Source: Candidatus Binatia bacterium (GTDB lineage: Bacteria; Desulfobacterota; Binatia; UBA9968; JAJDTQ01). From it: 64,000 bases of DNA. Shown here one piece after another: positions 38,969-47,900 of this stretch. Under the pieces are notes generated by a model, which searched no databases, was not told the DNA's origin, and was given only the letters and a program-made list of their open reading frames with translations. Made by a program: the position numbers and the translations under genes. The stretch is taken from NCBI GenBank assembly GCA_963666515.2, contig OY762897.2:4128001-4192000 (forward strand), in the 5' to 3' direction. Position 1 is the stretch's first letter. Every line of letters starts with the position of its first letter.

Positions 38969-39169
38969 CTATCCGCCGCCGACGAAGTGGACGATCTCCA
39001 CCTCGTCGCCCTCCTTCAATTGCGTGGCGCCGTGGGCGTCCCGGGACACGACCTCCGCGTTGAGTTCCACCACCACGCGTCCGGGCCGGATCTCCAGGTC
39101 CTCCAGGAGTTGGGCGACGCTCAAGTCCGGCGCCACTTCGTTGTCCTTGCCGTTGATACGGATGATCAC
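38969..39169 (-). CDS. thiS: Sulfur carrier protein ThiS
   Basis: 66 aa, ING, ends EIVHFVGGG; adjacent to thiG. Confidence 0.95.
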   Translation of the reverse strand: MIIRINGKDNEVAPDLSVAQLLEDLEIRPGRVVVELNAEVVSRDAHGATQLKEGDEVEIVHFVGGG

Positions 39170-39222
39170 AGCAGACTCCCCTGGTCGGAGCCTTACAGAA
39201 TACTAGCTAACGGGTCCGGACA

Positions 39223-40167
39223 CTACCGCGCCGCGGCGATCTTGATCTCCAGCACGCCGATGCCCTCCACCTCGCCTTCCACCTTGTCGCCGACGTTGAG
39301 GAAGATGGGCGGGGTCCGGGCGAATCCCACGCCCGACGGCGTTCCCGTGCTGATGATGTCGCCGGGCTCCAGGGTCAGGCCGTCGGACAGGTGCTCGATG
39401 GTCGCGGGAATGTCGAAGATCATGTCGCGGGTGTTGCCGTCCTGCATGGTCTCGCCGTTGACCCGGCACTGGAGCCGGATGTTCTTGGGGTCGGGCATGG
39501 CGCTCTTGTGCACGATGCTGGGTCCCAGCGGGCAGAAGGTGTCCAGGGACTTGCCCTTCCACCACTGGAGGTGCGCGCGCTGCAGGTCGCGGGCGGTCAT
39601 GTCCAGGCAGACGGTGTAGCCGAAGATGTAGTCGTTGGCCTTGGCGCGGGGGATGTTCCGGCCCTTCCGGCCGATGACCACCGCCAGCTCCACCTCCCAG
39701 TCGATCTTGCTGGTGGCCGAATGCGCCAGCAGACGGCCCTGGTCGCCGATGACCGCGGTGGCCGGCTTGGTGAAGAACACCGGCACCTTGGGCGTGTCGA
39801 GCTGGATACCGCGCGCGCGCACGCCTTCGTCGATGTGCTCCTGGTAGTTGACCCCCAGGCAGATCACGTTCTTCCGGGGCACGGGGATGGGCGACAGCAG
39901 CCGGGCGCGGTTGCGCTTCACCAGGATTCCCGCCTGGGCGAGTCGGCGGACGCCCTTGGAATCCAGCCGCTGGACGTAGCGGGCCGCCTTCCTCGCCGTG
40001 GTGACCGCCTTGGCGCCGGCGTCGATGAACGCCTGCATACCGTCCAGATACGAAGGGGTGCCTCCCGGCAGATACCGCTTGGCGACCTCCCGGAGATCGA
40101 CGATCTGGTCGTCGTCCATCATCCCGAGGCGGGTCTTGCTGCTGAAACTGTACGTGACAAAGCGCAT
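39223..40167 (-). CDS. Fumarylacetoacetate hydrolase family protein
   Basis: CLGVNYQEH, FFTKP, DWEVEL, DMTARDLQ, GKSLDTFCPLGP, TGTPSGVG. Start set at MRFVTY after AGGAG. Confidence 0.9.
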   Translation of the reverse strand: MRFVTYSFSSKTRLGMMDDDQIVDLREVAKRYLPGGTPSYLDGMQAFIDAGAKAVTTARKAARYVQRLDSKGVRRLAQAGILVKRNRARLLSPIPVPRKNVICLGVNYQEHIDEGVRARGIQLDTPKVPVFFTKPATAVIGDQGRLLAHSATSKIDWEVELAVVIGRKGRNIPRAKANDYIFGYTVCLDMTARDLQRAHLQWWKGKSLDTFCPLGPSIVHKSAMPDPKNIRLQCRVNGETMQDGNTRDMIFDIPATIEHLSDGLTLEPGDIISTGTPSGVGFARTPPIFLNVGDKVEGEVEGIGVLEIKIAAAR

Positions 40168-40409
40168 CGACGAACTCCTCTCCGCTTCCGGCGAATTCCA
40201 TCGCGGCCCGGGCCGCTCTCTCCCGATATTTCTCCGATATTTCTGCGGACGTGCGTCGGAAAACGCCATATCCTCATAGAGAAGCGCCGTACCGTTGTCA
40301 ACCCGGCGTGGCCGTGCCTGGCCATGCCCGCGGAGCCGTGAAATTGCGTGTCCGGGTGGGTGATGTTACCTTCTCACACGTGAAAAGATCCAAGGGACAG
40401 CGTAGCGCC

Positions 40410-40607
40410 ATGGAGGTGGGAGACCGTGTCCTGGTCAAGGGCGACATGCGCAAGCAGGTCATGCTGGTGGCCAGGGTGGACGTCCCCCACTCCACCCAGA
40501 AGGTCTTCGTCACGCGGTCGGGCGGCGACTTCACGGTGGGCCTCAAGATCTGGAAATCGGACTACTCCTGGAGCGAGAAGAACCAGATGTGGGTCTCGAA
40601 ACGGTGA
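40410..40607 (+). CDS. Small hypothetical protein (65 aa)
   Basis: MEVGDRVLVKG... beta-rich, SH3/KOW-like pattern; native codon usage; directly upstream of holA. Confidence 0.55.
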   Translation: MEVGDRVLVKGDMRKQVMLVARVDVPHSTQKVFVTRSGGDFTVGLKIWKSDYSWSEKNQMWVSKR

Positions 40608-40642
40608 CGGCCGCGTTGGCGGCCTTTGTGCGGTGCTGACGG

Positions 40643-41959
40643 ATGGCGCAGGATCTGGAAACGCTCCTGGAGGGGCTCCGCGAAGGGAACGGGCCGGCGG
40701 TCATGCTGCTCCACGGCGACGAGTTCCGCGTCCGCGGAGCGAGCCGCGCCATTCTGGGACTGATCGCGCCTGATTCCGACCGCGCCCTCGGCACCTCGAC
40801 ATTCGACGGCCGGTCCGCGTCATGGGACCAGGTTGAGGCCGCCCTCATGACCCCCTCCCTTTTCGTTTCCGCCTGCACGGTGGTGGTGGAGAACGTTCCC
40901 TGGTTCGCCCCCGCGGAGCGCAAGGTCGATCTGCTGGACAAGTGTCTGAGTCTCTGGGAGGAGGGGCAACGCGACGACGGCGCACGCGCCTTCATGGCGC
41001 TGCTGCGGTCGGAAGGGTGGACGCGGGAGCAGTGGCTGGAGGCGGCCGACGCGTCGGCACTGGCGGACACCCTCAAGGACTACCGGGCGCATGCGCGGGA
41101 GATCCAGGCGCTCTGGCAGTACTGCCGCGAGCAGAACCTGGTTCCCGGAAATTCCAAGGGCGACGAGCAGAGCCGCATCCTCGAACTGCTGGAGCGGGGG
41201 CTGCCGGACGGGTCCCGCCTTCTCTTGCTGGCGCCCCAGGTGGACAAGCGCGGGCGCGCCTACAAGCAATTGGGCCGCCAGGGCTGCGTTCTCGACCTGT
41301 CGGTGGAGCGGGACCGGAGCGGACGCATCCGCCGCGAGTCCCTCGCCGCGTTTCTCGACCAGCGACTCCGGCGGGCGGGCAAGCGAATCGATCCGCGCGC
41401 GCGGGAGGCGGTGCTCTCCCGGTGCGGGAACGAGCTGTGGGCCGTCCACCAGGAGATCGAGAAGCTGCTGCTGTACGTCGGCGACGCGGATACCGTGGGC
41501 GTTGCCGATGTCGAGGAGATCTTCATCGACCAGTCGGAGAGCTGGGTGTTCGACCTGACGGATTCGCTGGGGCAGAAGGACGCGCTCCAGGCCCTGGGCT
41601 TTCTCAGGCGCCTCATGGCCAACGGTGAATATCCCCTGCGGGTGCTGGGCGCCATCGCCAGCCAGGTGCGCCGCCTGCTGAGCGCCCGGCAGCTCCTCGA
41701 CCACGAGCTGGCCAGGGTCTGGCGGCAACGCATGTCCTACACCGAGTTCCAGCAACGGGTCCCTGCCGATACCGAGGGGCTTCCCACCAAGAGTCCGTAC
41801 GCCAACTACCTCACCTTGCAGCGGGCGGAGCGTTTCACCCTCCCCGAGCTGAAGAGTTTCCTGAGGTTGATCCAGGACACCGACGCCCGCCTCAAGTCCT
41901 CCGGCCACCAGCCCCAGGCCGTCATGGAAAGGCTGATCCTGGAGATGTGCCGCCCGTGA
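40643..41959 (+). CDS. holA: DNA polymerase III delta subunit
   Basis: LLHGDEF, MTPSLF, VDKRGRAYK, EIEKLLLY, VFDLTD, DARLKSS; contains an internal insertion. Confidence 0.85.
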   Translation: MAQDLETLLEGLREGNGPAVMLLHGDEFRVRGASRAILGLIAPDSDRALGTSTFDGRSASWDQVEAALMTPSLFVSACTVVVENVPWFAPAERKVDLLDKCLSLWEEGQRDDGARAFMALLRSEGWTREQWLEAADASALADTLKDYRAHAREIQALWQYCREQNLVPGNSKGDEQSRILELLERGLPDGSRLLLLAPQVDKRGRAYKQLGRQGCVLDLSVERDRSGRIRRESLAAFLDQRLRRAGKRIDPRAREAVLSRCGNELWAVHQEIEKLLLYVGDADTVGVADVEEIFIDQSESWVFDLTDSLGQKDALQALGFLRRLMANGEYPLRVLGAIASQVRRLLSARQLLDHELARVWRQRMSYTEFQQRVPADTEGLPTKSPYANYLTLQRAERFTLPELKSFLRLIQDTDARLKSSGHQPQAVMERLILEMCRP

Positions 41960-42028
41960 ACGGGCGGAACGAAGCCAACTTCCTGCCTGCCGCTAAAGAT
42001 TCCATCCCCCGTGCCGATTCCTTAACTC

Positions 42029-42538
42029 ATGGGGCAAGGCATCGCGACAGGGTTCTTGCGGCGGATTTCCCTCACATGGGCGGTTGCCCTGCTGGGGGCG
42101 TTCCTTTCCGGTTTCTTCGTCCATCTCCTGTACGCGCGCTGGGCCGGGCCGGCATCGTGCGAGGAGCCCGTGGCGGGTGTCTCCAAGGGTTCGCCCGGCA
42201 CGGGTTCGTCCCCCGAGGCCGACCTGCCGGTGGTGGACGTGATCGAAGTGGAGCGGCTCCAGGAGCTTGCGGGCGTGCTGGCGCGGGTCCGGGGCCGGGT
42301 CTACCGCGTGGGCCACTCGTCCAGGAGCAACACCTACTTCCTGGACTTCGGCCCCTCGCGGTCCGCCTTCACCGCCGTGATCTTCTCCTCCGCGGTGGAT
42401 GCTTTCGTGCGGGAGGACGCCCACCCCAACCGGTTCCAGGGAAAGGAAGTGGAGATCACCGGACGGATCAAGGACGACCCCAAGTACGGGCTGGAGATGA
42501 TCCTGGAGAGCCCGGCGCAGATCAAGGCGCTGCCCTGA
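42029..42538 (+). CDS. Membrane-anchored OB-fold domain hypothetical protein
   Basis: N-terminal transmembrane segment; VRGRV, FLDFG...FTAVIF, GKEVEITGRI, EMILESPAQI. Confidence 0.7.
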   Translation: MGQGIATGFLRRISLTWAVALLGAFLSGFFVHLLYARWAGPASCEEPVAGVSKGSPGTGSSPEADLPVVDVIEVERLQELAGVLARVRGRVYRVGHSSRSNTYFLDFGPSRSAFTAVIFSSAVDAFVREDAHPNRFQGKEVEITGRIKDDPKYGLEMILESPAQIKALP

Positions 42539-42645
42539 ACTCACGACGAATACCGGATGAAGGCGCGGGTTCGAATCCGCGCGCGCCCCGGCCGCGCGCG
42601 GCGGTTTTGTTGGATCGCTGGACGTTTTCGGTTAAGCTCGGCGAC

Positions 42646-42822
42646 ATGGAAAGCCAGCCGGAGGGCCGCTGCATGGTGTGCGCCAAGGTAGCCCCGCTGA
42701 ACGGCGGCATCTGCCAGCCCTGCAACGAGAAGATTCGCGCCCAGGCCCAGGGTGCCCAGCGGGACATCCGCGACCGCTCGGACCGGGAATTGCGCAAGCA
42801 CGGGGGCAAGCCGGAGAAATAG
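42646..42822 (+). CDS. Small CxxC/CxxC zinc-binding hypothetical protein (58 aa)
   Basis: MESQPEGRCMVCAKVAPLNGGICQPCNEKIR...; native codon usage. Confidence 0.55.
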   Translation: MESQPEGRCMVCAKVAPLNGGICQPCNEKIRAQAQGAQRDIRDRSDRELRKHGGKPEK

Positions 42823-42852
42823 CCGCGGTTCGGCCCCGCGCGGGCGGCGCGA

Positions 42853-43467
42853 ATGACAGGGGATCCACGACACTTCGAATCCATCGGCAACCGCCTCGGA
42901 TTCCGTGCGATACCCTCGGGCGACGACGAGATCCACCTGGTCTGGCGCGGCGGGCGCTTCCCGGCGCTCCTGTGTCTCGGCATCGCCGCCTTCCTGCTGC
43001 TGCTCTCGGTGCCCGTGTTCCTCGCCATCCTCGCCCACGGGCTCGACAGCGCGGTGGGAAACCTCTGGTACTTCCCGGCCATGAACGTGGTGCTGTTCAA
43101 GGTGGCGGTGTTCCTGCTGACGCTCAAGCGGACGATACGGATCGACCGGCGCGCCGGCGAGGTGCACCTGTCCCGCACGAGCCTGTTCATGCGGCGTCGA
43201 TTGACGCTCGGGTTCCAAGAGGTCCGCACAGTGAGCGTGGCCGACGACCAGGTGTACAGCGGCTTCGCCGTGGCCGGCTCCACGGCCGGGCAGAAGTCCT
43301 TCCCGGCCCGTTCCCTTCGCCTGGTCCTTTCCGGCTCGCAGTCGGTGCTGCTGGACAGGGGCGGCGGCAGGCGGCTCGACGAGCTTGCGGAGCGCATCGG
43401 CCGCCTCATGGACAAGCCGGTTGAGGCGGTCCCGCGGGGGAGTCCGGCGACGCCCGGCGGGGGTTGA
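42853..43467 (+). CDS. Hypothetical membrane protein
   Basis: Two transmembrane segments followed by a beta-rich soluble domain. Confidence 0.7.
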   Translation: MTGDPRHFESIGNRLGFRAIPSGDDEIHLVWRGGRFPALLCLGIAAFLLLLSVPVFLAILAHGLDSAVGNLWYFPAMNVVLFKVAVFLLTLKRTIRIDRRAGEVHLSRTSLFMRRRLTLGFQEVRTVSVADDQVYSGFAVAGSTAGQKSFPARSLRLVLSGSQSVLLDRGGGRRLDELAERIGRLMDKPVEAVPRGSPATPGGG

Positions 43468-43561
43468 CCGGCTACGGGATTCTTCCTATAAACAGGGCGT
43501 CGTTCGGGTATCTTCACCGACCCCGCCAACTAACGAATCTCACGATCGGAGACGGATTTTC

Positions 43562-44029
43562 ATGGACAAGAAGATCAAGTTTCGCGTCAACGGGACGGAG
43601 CACGAGATGGAAGTGCCCACCAACCGGCTGCTGGTGGACCTGCTCCGCTACGATCTGGGCCTTACGGGAACCAAGGAAGGCTGCAGCGTCGGCGTGTGCG
43701 GCGCGTGCACGGTGCTCATCGACGGCGAGATGGTCAGCTCGTGCCTGGCCCTGGCGGTGTTCGCCGACGGCCACGACGTGACCACGGTGGAGGGCTTGGC
43801 CCAGGACGGCGAGCTTCACCCGGTGCAGCAGAGCTTCATCCAGTACGGCGGCTTCCAGTGCGGCATCTGCACCCCCGGCCAGGTGGTGGCGGCCAAGGCG
43901 CTGCTGGACCAGAACCCGCGGCCCAACGAGGAAGAGATCAAGGACTGGATGATGGGCAACCTGTGCCGCTGCACCGGCTACTACAAGATCATCGAGTCCA
44001 TCGAGAAGGCGCACGAGTTCGCCAAGTAA
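43562..44029 (+). CDS. Molybdenum hydroxylase 2Fe-2S small subunit (CoxS/XdhC-like)
   Basis: GTKEGCSVGVCGACTVL, FQCGICTPG, GNLCRCTGY. Confidence 0.93.
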   Translation: MDKKIKFRVNGTEHEMEVPTNRLLVDLLRYDLGLTGTKEGCSVGVCGACTVLIDGEMVSSCLALAVFADGHDVTTVEGLAQDGELHPVQQSFIQYGGFQCGICTPGQVVAAKALLDQNPRPNEEEIKDWMMGNLCRCTGYYKIIESIEKAHEFAK

Positions 44030-44040
44030 GGGGTTGAGGA

Positions 44041-44907
44041 ATGATCGCTTTTGACTACCGCACTCCCGGAAGCCTCGAAGAGGCCTACGCGGACCTGAAG
44101 GAACTCGGCTCCGACGGCAAGGTCATCGCCGGCGGCACCGCGCTGGTCATCATGATGAAGCAGCAGCTCGTGCAGCCGAGCTGCGTCATCAGCCTGCGCA
44201 ACGTGGCGGGGCTGAGCGGCATATCGGAGAACAACGGCAGCGTGCACATCGGCGGCCTCGTGAGTCACGCCCACCTGGACGCGTCGGACGTGGTGCAGGG
44301 CAAGCTCCCGGTGCTGGGCGCCACCTACCACCACGTGGCCACGCAGCGGGTGCGCACCATGGCCACGGTGGGCGGCGGTCTGGCCCACGCCGACCCCAAC
44401 CAGGACCCGCCGCCGACCTTCATCGCCCTGGGCGCGAGCTTCGATCTGAGTTCTGCGGGCGGCACCCGCTCGGTGGCGGCCGAGGACTTCTTCAGCGACT
44501 ACTACGAGACCGTGCTCGATCCCGAGGAGATCGTCACCGGCGTGAATGTGCCGCTCATGGCCGCCAACAGCGGCGCGGCCTATCTCAAGTTCCTGCCGCG
44601 CTCGGCCGACGACTACGCCACCGTCAGCGCGGCCGCGGTCGTCACGTTGAACGACGCCAAGGACACGATCCAGGACGTCCGCATCGCCATGGGCAGCGTC
44701 AACACCACGCCCGTCCGCGCCACGGCTTCCGAGGACGTGCTGAGGGGCCAGCCGGTCAAGCCCGAGGGCCTGCGCGAAGCCGGCGAGAAGGCCAAGGAGC
44801 ACACCGACCCGGTCAGCGACTTCCGCGGCTCGGGCTCCTACAAGACGCAGATGGCAGCGGTGTTCGTCCGGCGGGCTCTTGAGGCCGCCATCGCCAACGC
44901 ATCCTGA
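44041..44907 (+). CDS. Molybdenum hydroxylase FAD medium subunit (CoxM-like)
   Basis: IAGGTAL, RTMATVGG.LAHADP, SDFRGS..YK. Confidence 0.92.
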   Translation: MIAFDYRTPGSLEEAYADLKELGSDGKVIAGGTALVIMMKQQLVQPSCVISLRNVAGLSGISENNGSVHIGGLVSHAHLDASDVVQGKLPVLGATYHHVATQRVRTMATVGGGLAHADPNQDPPPTFIALGASFDLSSAGGTRSVAAEDFFSDYYETVLDPEEIVTGVNVPLMAANSGAAYLKFLPRSADDYATVSAAAVVTLNDAKDTIQDVRIAMGSVNTTPVRATASEDVLRGQPVKPEGLREAGEKAKEHTDPVSDFRGSGSYKTQMAAVFVRRALEAAIANAS

Positions 44908-44923
44908 GCAACGGAGGAATCGA

Positions 44924-45376
44924 GTGAAATTCAGTCAAAGCGCAACCGTGCCCGCGGGCCGCGAGCCCCTGTGGCAGCTTCTCATGGACATTCCCAGGGT
45001 GGCCACCTGCCTCCCGGGAGTCCAGGACGTCGAGCAGGTGGACGGCGAGACCTACCAGGGGACCCTGAAGGTCCGCGTCGGCCCCATCGCCCTCAGCCTG
45101 CAGGGCAAGATCGTGCTGGAGGAAAAGGACCAGGAAGCCTGGCGCGCCGCACTCCGGGCCGAAGCCGAGGACCGGCGCGTGGCCGGCGCCATGCGCGGCA
45201 AGTCCACCATGGAGCTGAAGGAGTTGAGCGCCGAAGAGACCGAGCTGACCGTGGAGACCGACGTCAACATCCTCGGCAAGATCGGCGAGTTCGGCCAGCC
45301 CATCATCCGCAAGAAAGCCGACCAGATGCTCAACACCTTCATCGACAACATCAAGAAGGAGTTGGCGGCGAACTGA
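44924..45376 (+). CDS. coxG: CoxG/SRPBCC family protein
   Basis: LWQLLMD..RVATCLPG, KVRVGPI, GKIGEFGQ. GTG start after GGAGG. Confidence 0.85.
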   Translation: MKFSQSATVPAGREPLWQLLMDIPRVATCLPGVQDVEQVDGETYQGTLKVRVGPIALSLQGKIVLEEKDQEAWRAALRAEAEDRRVAGAMRGKSTMELKELSAEETELTVETDVNILGKIGEFGQPIIRKKADQMLNTFIDNIKKELAAN

Positions 45377-45386
45377 CCCGAATCCA

Positions 45387-45413
45387 TCATTCCGGGCTTG
45401 ACCCGGAATCCAG
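45387..45413. repeat. REP-like short palindrome
   Basis: TCATTCCGGGCTTGACCCGGAATCCAG; same TCATTCC...GGAATCCAG frame as the arms at 55442-55542. Confidence 0.6.
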
Positions 45414-45422
45414 AGTTGAGCG

Positions 45423-45464
45423 AACGGGCGGCCGGTAGTTGCAACGACTACCGGCCGCCCGTTT
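45423..45464 (+). terminator. Strong stem-loop downstream of coxG
   Basis: Perfect 17-bp stem AACGGGCGGCCGGTAGT/ACTACCGGCCGCCCGTT, 7-nt loop, short T-rich tail. Confidence 0.65.
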
Positions 45465-45578
45465 GTGTTGGGGCTTGGGTTGTACATGACACCCGGTTCC
45501 ATGCAACATATACAGTTGACAATTGACATGGCGTCATTTATTTTCTGACTATAAATCAGTTATAAAGTGTATTTGATC

Positions 45579-46751
45579 ATGCTCTTTACGTATCCTGAAC
45601 TGGACGACGACGAGAAACGGGTAGAGGCCGCCACGGCCCGGATACGGGCCGATCTGCGTCACTACGTCGTCACGCAGCCACATCGCTGGACAGGTCTGTT
45701 GGCCCGCATGACCCGGGCTCGCGCCCTCATGGCCTCCAACAGCGTGGAAGGCATCAATGTGTCCGACGAGGACGCCATCGCTGCGATTGACGGTGAAGAC
45801 CCGGCAAACACTGACCGTGAAACGTGGCGCGCTGTCGTGGGCTACCGCGAGGCGATGGACTACATTCTCCAGCGTCGGCAGAGCACATCTTTCTCGATCA
45901 CGGAGGACGTGCTCCTGGCCGTGCATTTCATGATCTGTCAGTCGGATTTGACGGCACATCCGGGTCAGTACCGCCCCGGATGGGTCGGTGTCAGGAATAC
46001 CAAGACCGGTGAGGTGGTGCACGAGGGGGTAGACCGCGACCAACTGGAGCCTCTCATCCACGAGCTTCTGGACTACGTGAACAACGAGGATGTGGATTCA
46101 GTCTTCCTGCGTGCGGCCATGACTCATCTGAATCTGGCGCTGCTCCATCTGTTTACGGATGGCAACGGGCGAACGGCCAGGTGCATCCACACCGCGGTGC
46201 TGGCGAGCGACGGGATCGTGGCGCCGCCGTTCTCTTCAATCGAGGAATACATAGGCCACAATCAACAAAGCTACTACAACGTGTTGGCGGAGGTCGGCGG
46301 CGGCGCGTGGAATCCACGGCGCAACGCCAAGCCGTGGATTCGGTTCTGCCTGGGCGGCCATTACCGGCAGGCGCAGACCCTTCTTCGCCGGACCCGAGAG
46401 TTGGAGAGGGTCTATACCGAGCTTCTGAACCTGGTGGAGGCCAGAGGACTTCCCGACCGTACGGCCATGGCGCTGCTCCAGGCAGCCTTTGGCAGCAAAG
46501 TGAGAAACGCGTCGTATCGAGTGAGTGCGGACGTTTCCAAGAATCTCGCCAGCCGCGATCTGAAGACGCTTGTGGATGCGGACCTTCTCGCTTCGGAGGG
46601 CGAAAAGCGGGGCCGCTTCTATAAGGCGTCGCCAACCGTGGCGGAGATTCGCCGGAGTCTGCGCCTCCCGAAACAGATAGACGATCCCTTCGACCCAGAC
46701 GAGCAACTTCAAATTTCCACGGGTCAGGCAGATATTTTCCCTGTCAACTGA
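45579..46751 (+). CDS. Fic family protein (class II-like) with C-terminal winged HTH
   Basis: HLFTDGNGRTAR Fic motif; N-terminal SNSVEG inhibitory motif; ASRDLKTLVDADLL..EGEKRGRFY wHTH. Confidence 0.88.
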   Translation: MLFTYPELDDDEKRVEAATARIRADLRHYVVTQPHRWTGLLARMTRARALMASNSVEGINVSDEDAIAAIDGEDPANTDRETWRAVVGYREAMDYILQRRQSTSFSITEDVLLAVHFMICQSDLTAHPGQYRPGWVGVRNTKTGEVVHEGVDRDQLEPLIHELLDYVNNEDVDSVFLRAAMTHLNLALLHLFTDGNGRTARCIHTAVLASDGIVAPPFSSIEEYIGHNQQSYYNVLAEVGGGAWNPRRNAKPWIRFCLGGHYRQAQTLLRRTRELERVYTELLNLVEARGLPDRTAMALLQAAFGSKVRNASYRVSADVSKNLASRDLKTLVDADLLASEGEKRGRFYKASPTVAEIRRSLRLPKQIDDPFDPDEQLQISTGQADIFPVN

Positions 46752-46797
46752 GTCACTGGTTCAGTCCAGCGCGTCGTTTTGTTGGTAAGACCATCGC

Positions 46798-46847
46798 CCG
46801 TTCGCCCTGAGCGTAGCTCCGCGTCAGCGGAGCGAAGTCGAAGGGCG
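46798..46847. repeat. REP-like palindromic element between convergent fic and mcrC
   Basis: CCGTTCGCCCTGAGCGTAGCTCCGCGTCAGCGGAGCGAAGTCGAAGGGCG with nested inverted repeats (CGCCCT/AGGGCG, GCTCCGC/GCGGAGC). Confidence 0.55.
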
Positions 46848-46856
46848 CCAACTGAA

Positions 46857-47900
46857 TCACGCGATCAACGCCAACATGTCGTCGTGGATGTCGCGCCAAT
46901 CCTGGGCAAGGTCGATACTGCGGGCCCGGATCGAGAAGCCTTCCAGCCGCAGGTCCGCTGCCACCTGCGTGTCGACTACCGGATAGAGCAGTATTCCCTC
47001 GTGCTTTGGCCCTGGCGTTTCGGTGCCCTCGCGATTCCGCAGGTAGGCGAGAAGCTGGTAGAGATGGTCCGAACGCATTTTCGATTTTCCGCCGTACTGG
47101 CTCTGCAAAGCCTCCTGATAGAACTTCGCATCCATGATGATCCGCCGGTTCGAGCCTTCAAGGATGACGTCGGCCTCCATTCGCGGAATCCTTGAGCGCT
47201 GGTCGTCCGTTGTCCCTTCGGCAACCCACTCGATCCCGCGGCCTCGATGATTGACCCGGTAGCGGTCCTGCTCCCGGCGATAGAACTCGATGATGAAGTC
47301 CTCATACAGCTTATCCATTCGCTTTTCGCTGAAGTCGGTGAATCTCGCTTGCCCGGACTGCTCGTCCACCAGCAACTGTTCATGGATGAGGTGGCATACG
47401 GACAACAGGAATCGGTAGTACCGGCGGTTGCGGTCCAGTTGCACTTGCTGGAACAGCCGCCGGCTCAATCGCACCTCGGTCACGCCGTCGAGCTTGGTAT
47501 AGGCATTCCGTACCCCAGCCCGCACGGCCGAGTCCAAGTCGGGGAGTCGCAGGAGGGAGCCGAGGGTGGAGCGCAGGATTCGGTTGTGCAGCACGTCGTG
47601 GGACAGCTCCTCGAAGTCGCAGGTGACCCGACTGCGGGCCCGTAGCGCCCGTTTCGCCGTCTCGCCCACAGCGATCTTCCCACGGATGCCGGCGAGGTCC
47701 TCACGCACTTCTCGATAACCGCGGTCGATGCCTCTGCGGATCAGGCGGAAGGTTCCCTCGGCCAGCACCTTGCCCAGGAGATCGTGTACTCTTTCCAGCC
47801 CTTCCAGCTCCTCCAGCCGCACCACGTCCCGCTCCTCGACGTGGCTCCACGCGTAGCACAGGAGGTAGTAGATGTTGGCGATGGGAATCTTCCGGTCCAT
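46857..47900 (-). CDS. mcrC: McrC-family restriction nuclease subunit
   Basis: IPIANIYYLLCYAW N-terminus, LYEDFI..FYRRE, PD-(D/E)xK-like EADVI...MDAKFY, HLYQLLAYL, GILLYP. Confidence 0.92.
   Translation of the reverse strand: MDRKIPIANIYYLLCYAWSHVEERDVVRLEELEGLERVHDLLGKVLAEGTFRLIRRGIDRGYREVREDLAGIRGKIAVGETAKRALRARSRVTCDFEELSHDVLHNRILRSTLGSLLRLPDLDSAVRAGVRNAYTKLDGVTEVRLSRRLFQQVQLDRNRRYYRFLLSVCHLIHEQLLVDEQSGQARFTDFSEKRMDKLYEDFIIEFYRREQDRYRVNHRGRGIEWVAEGTTDDQRSRIPRMEADVILEGSNRRIIMDAKFYQEALQSQYGGKSKMRSDHLYQLLAYLRNREGTETPGPKHEGILLYPVVDTQVAADLRLEGFSIRARSIDLAQDWRDIHDDMLALIA

Noticed and set aside
39169-39223. TPP riboswitch upstream of thiS
   Set aside because: The gap is only about 53 nt and lacks the conserved CTGAGA core; none was seen upstream of the FAH gene either.
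42562-42590. tRNA fragment or att site (GGGTTCGAATCC T-loop-like)
   Set aside because: The T-stem does not pair in register, and there is no acceptor stem, CCA or anticodon arm.
43562-45376. Aerobic CO dehydrogenase
   Set aside because: No CoxL subunit is present, so the diagnostic active-site motif cannot be seen.
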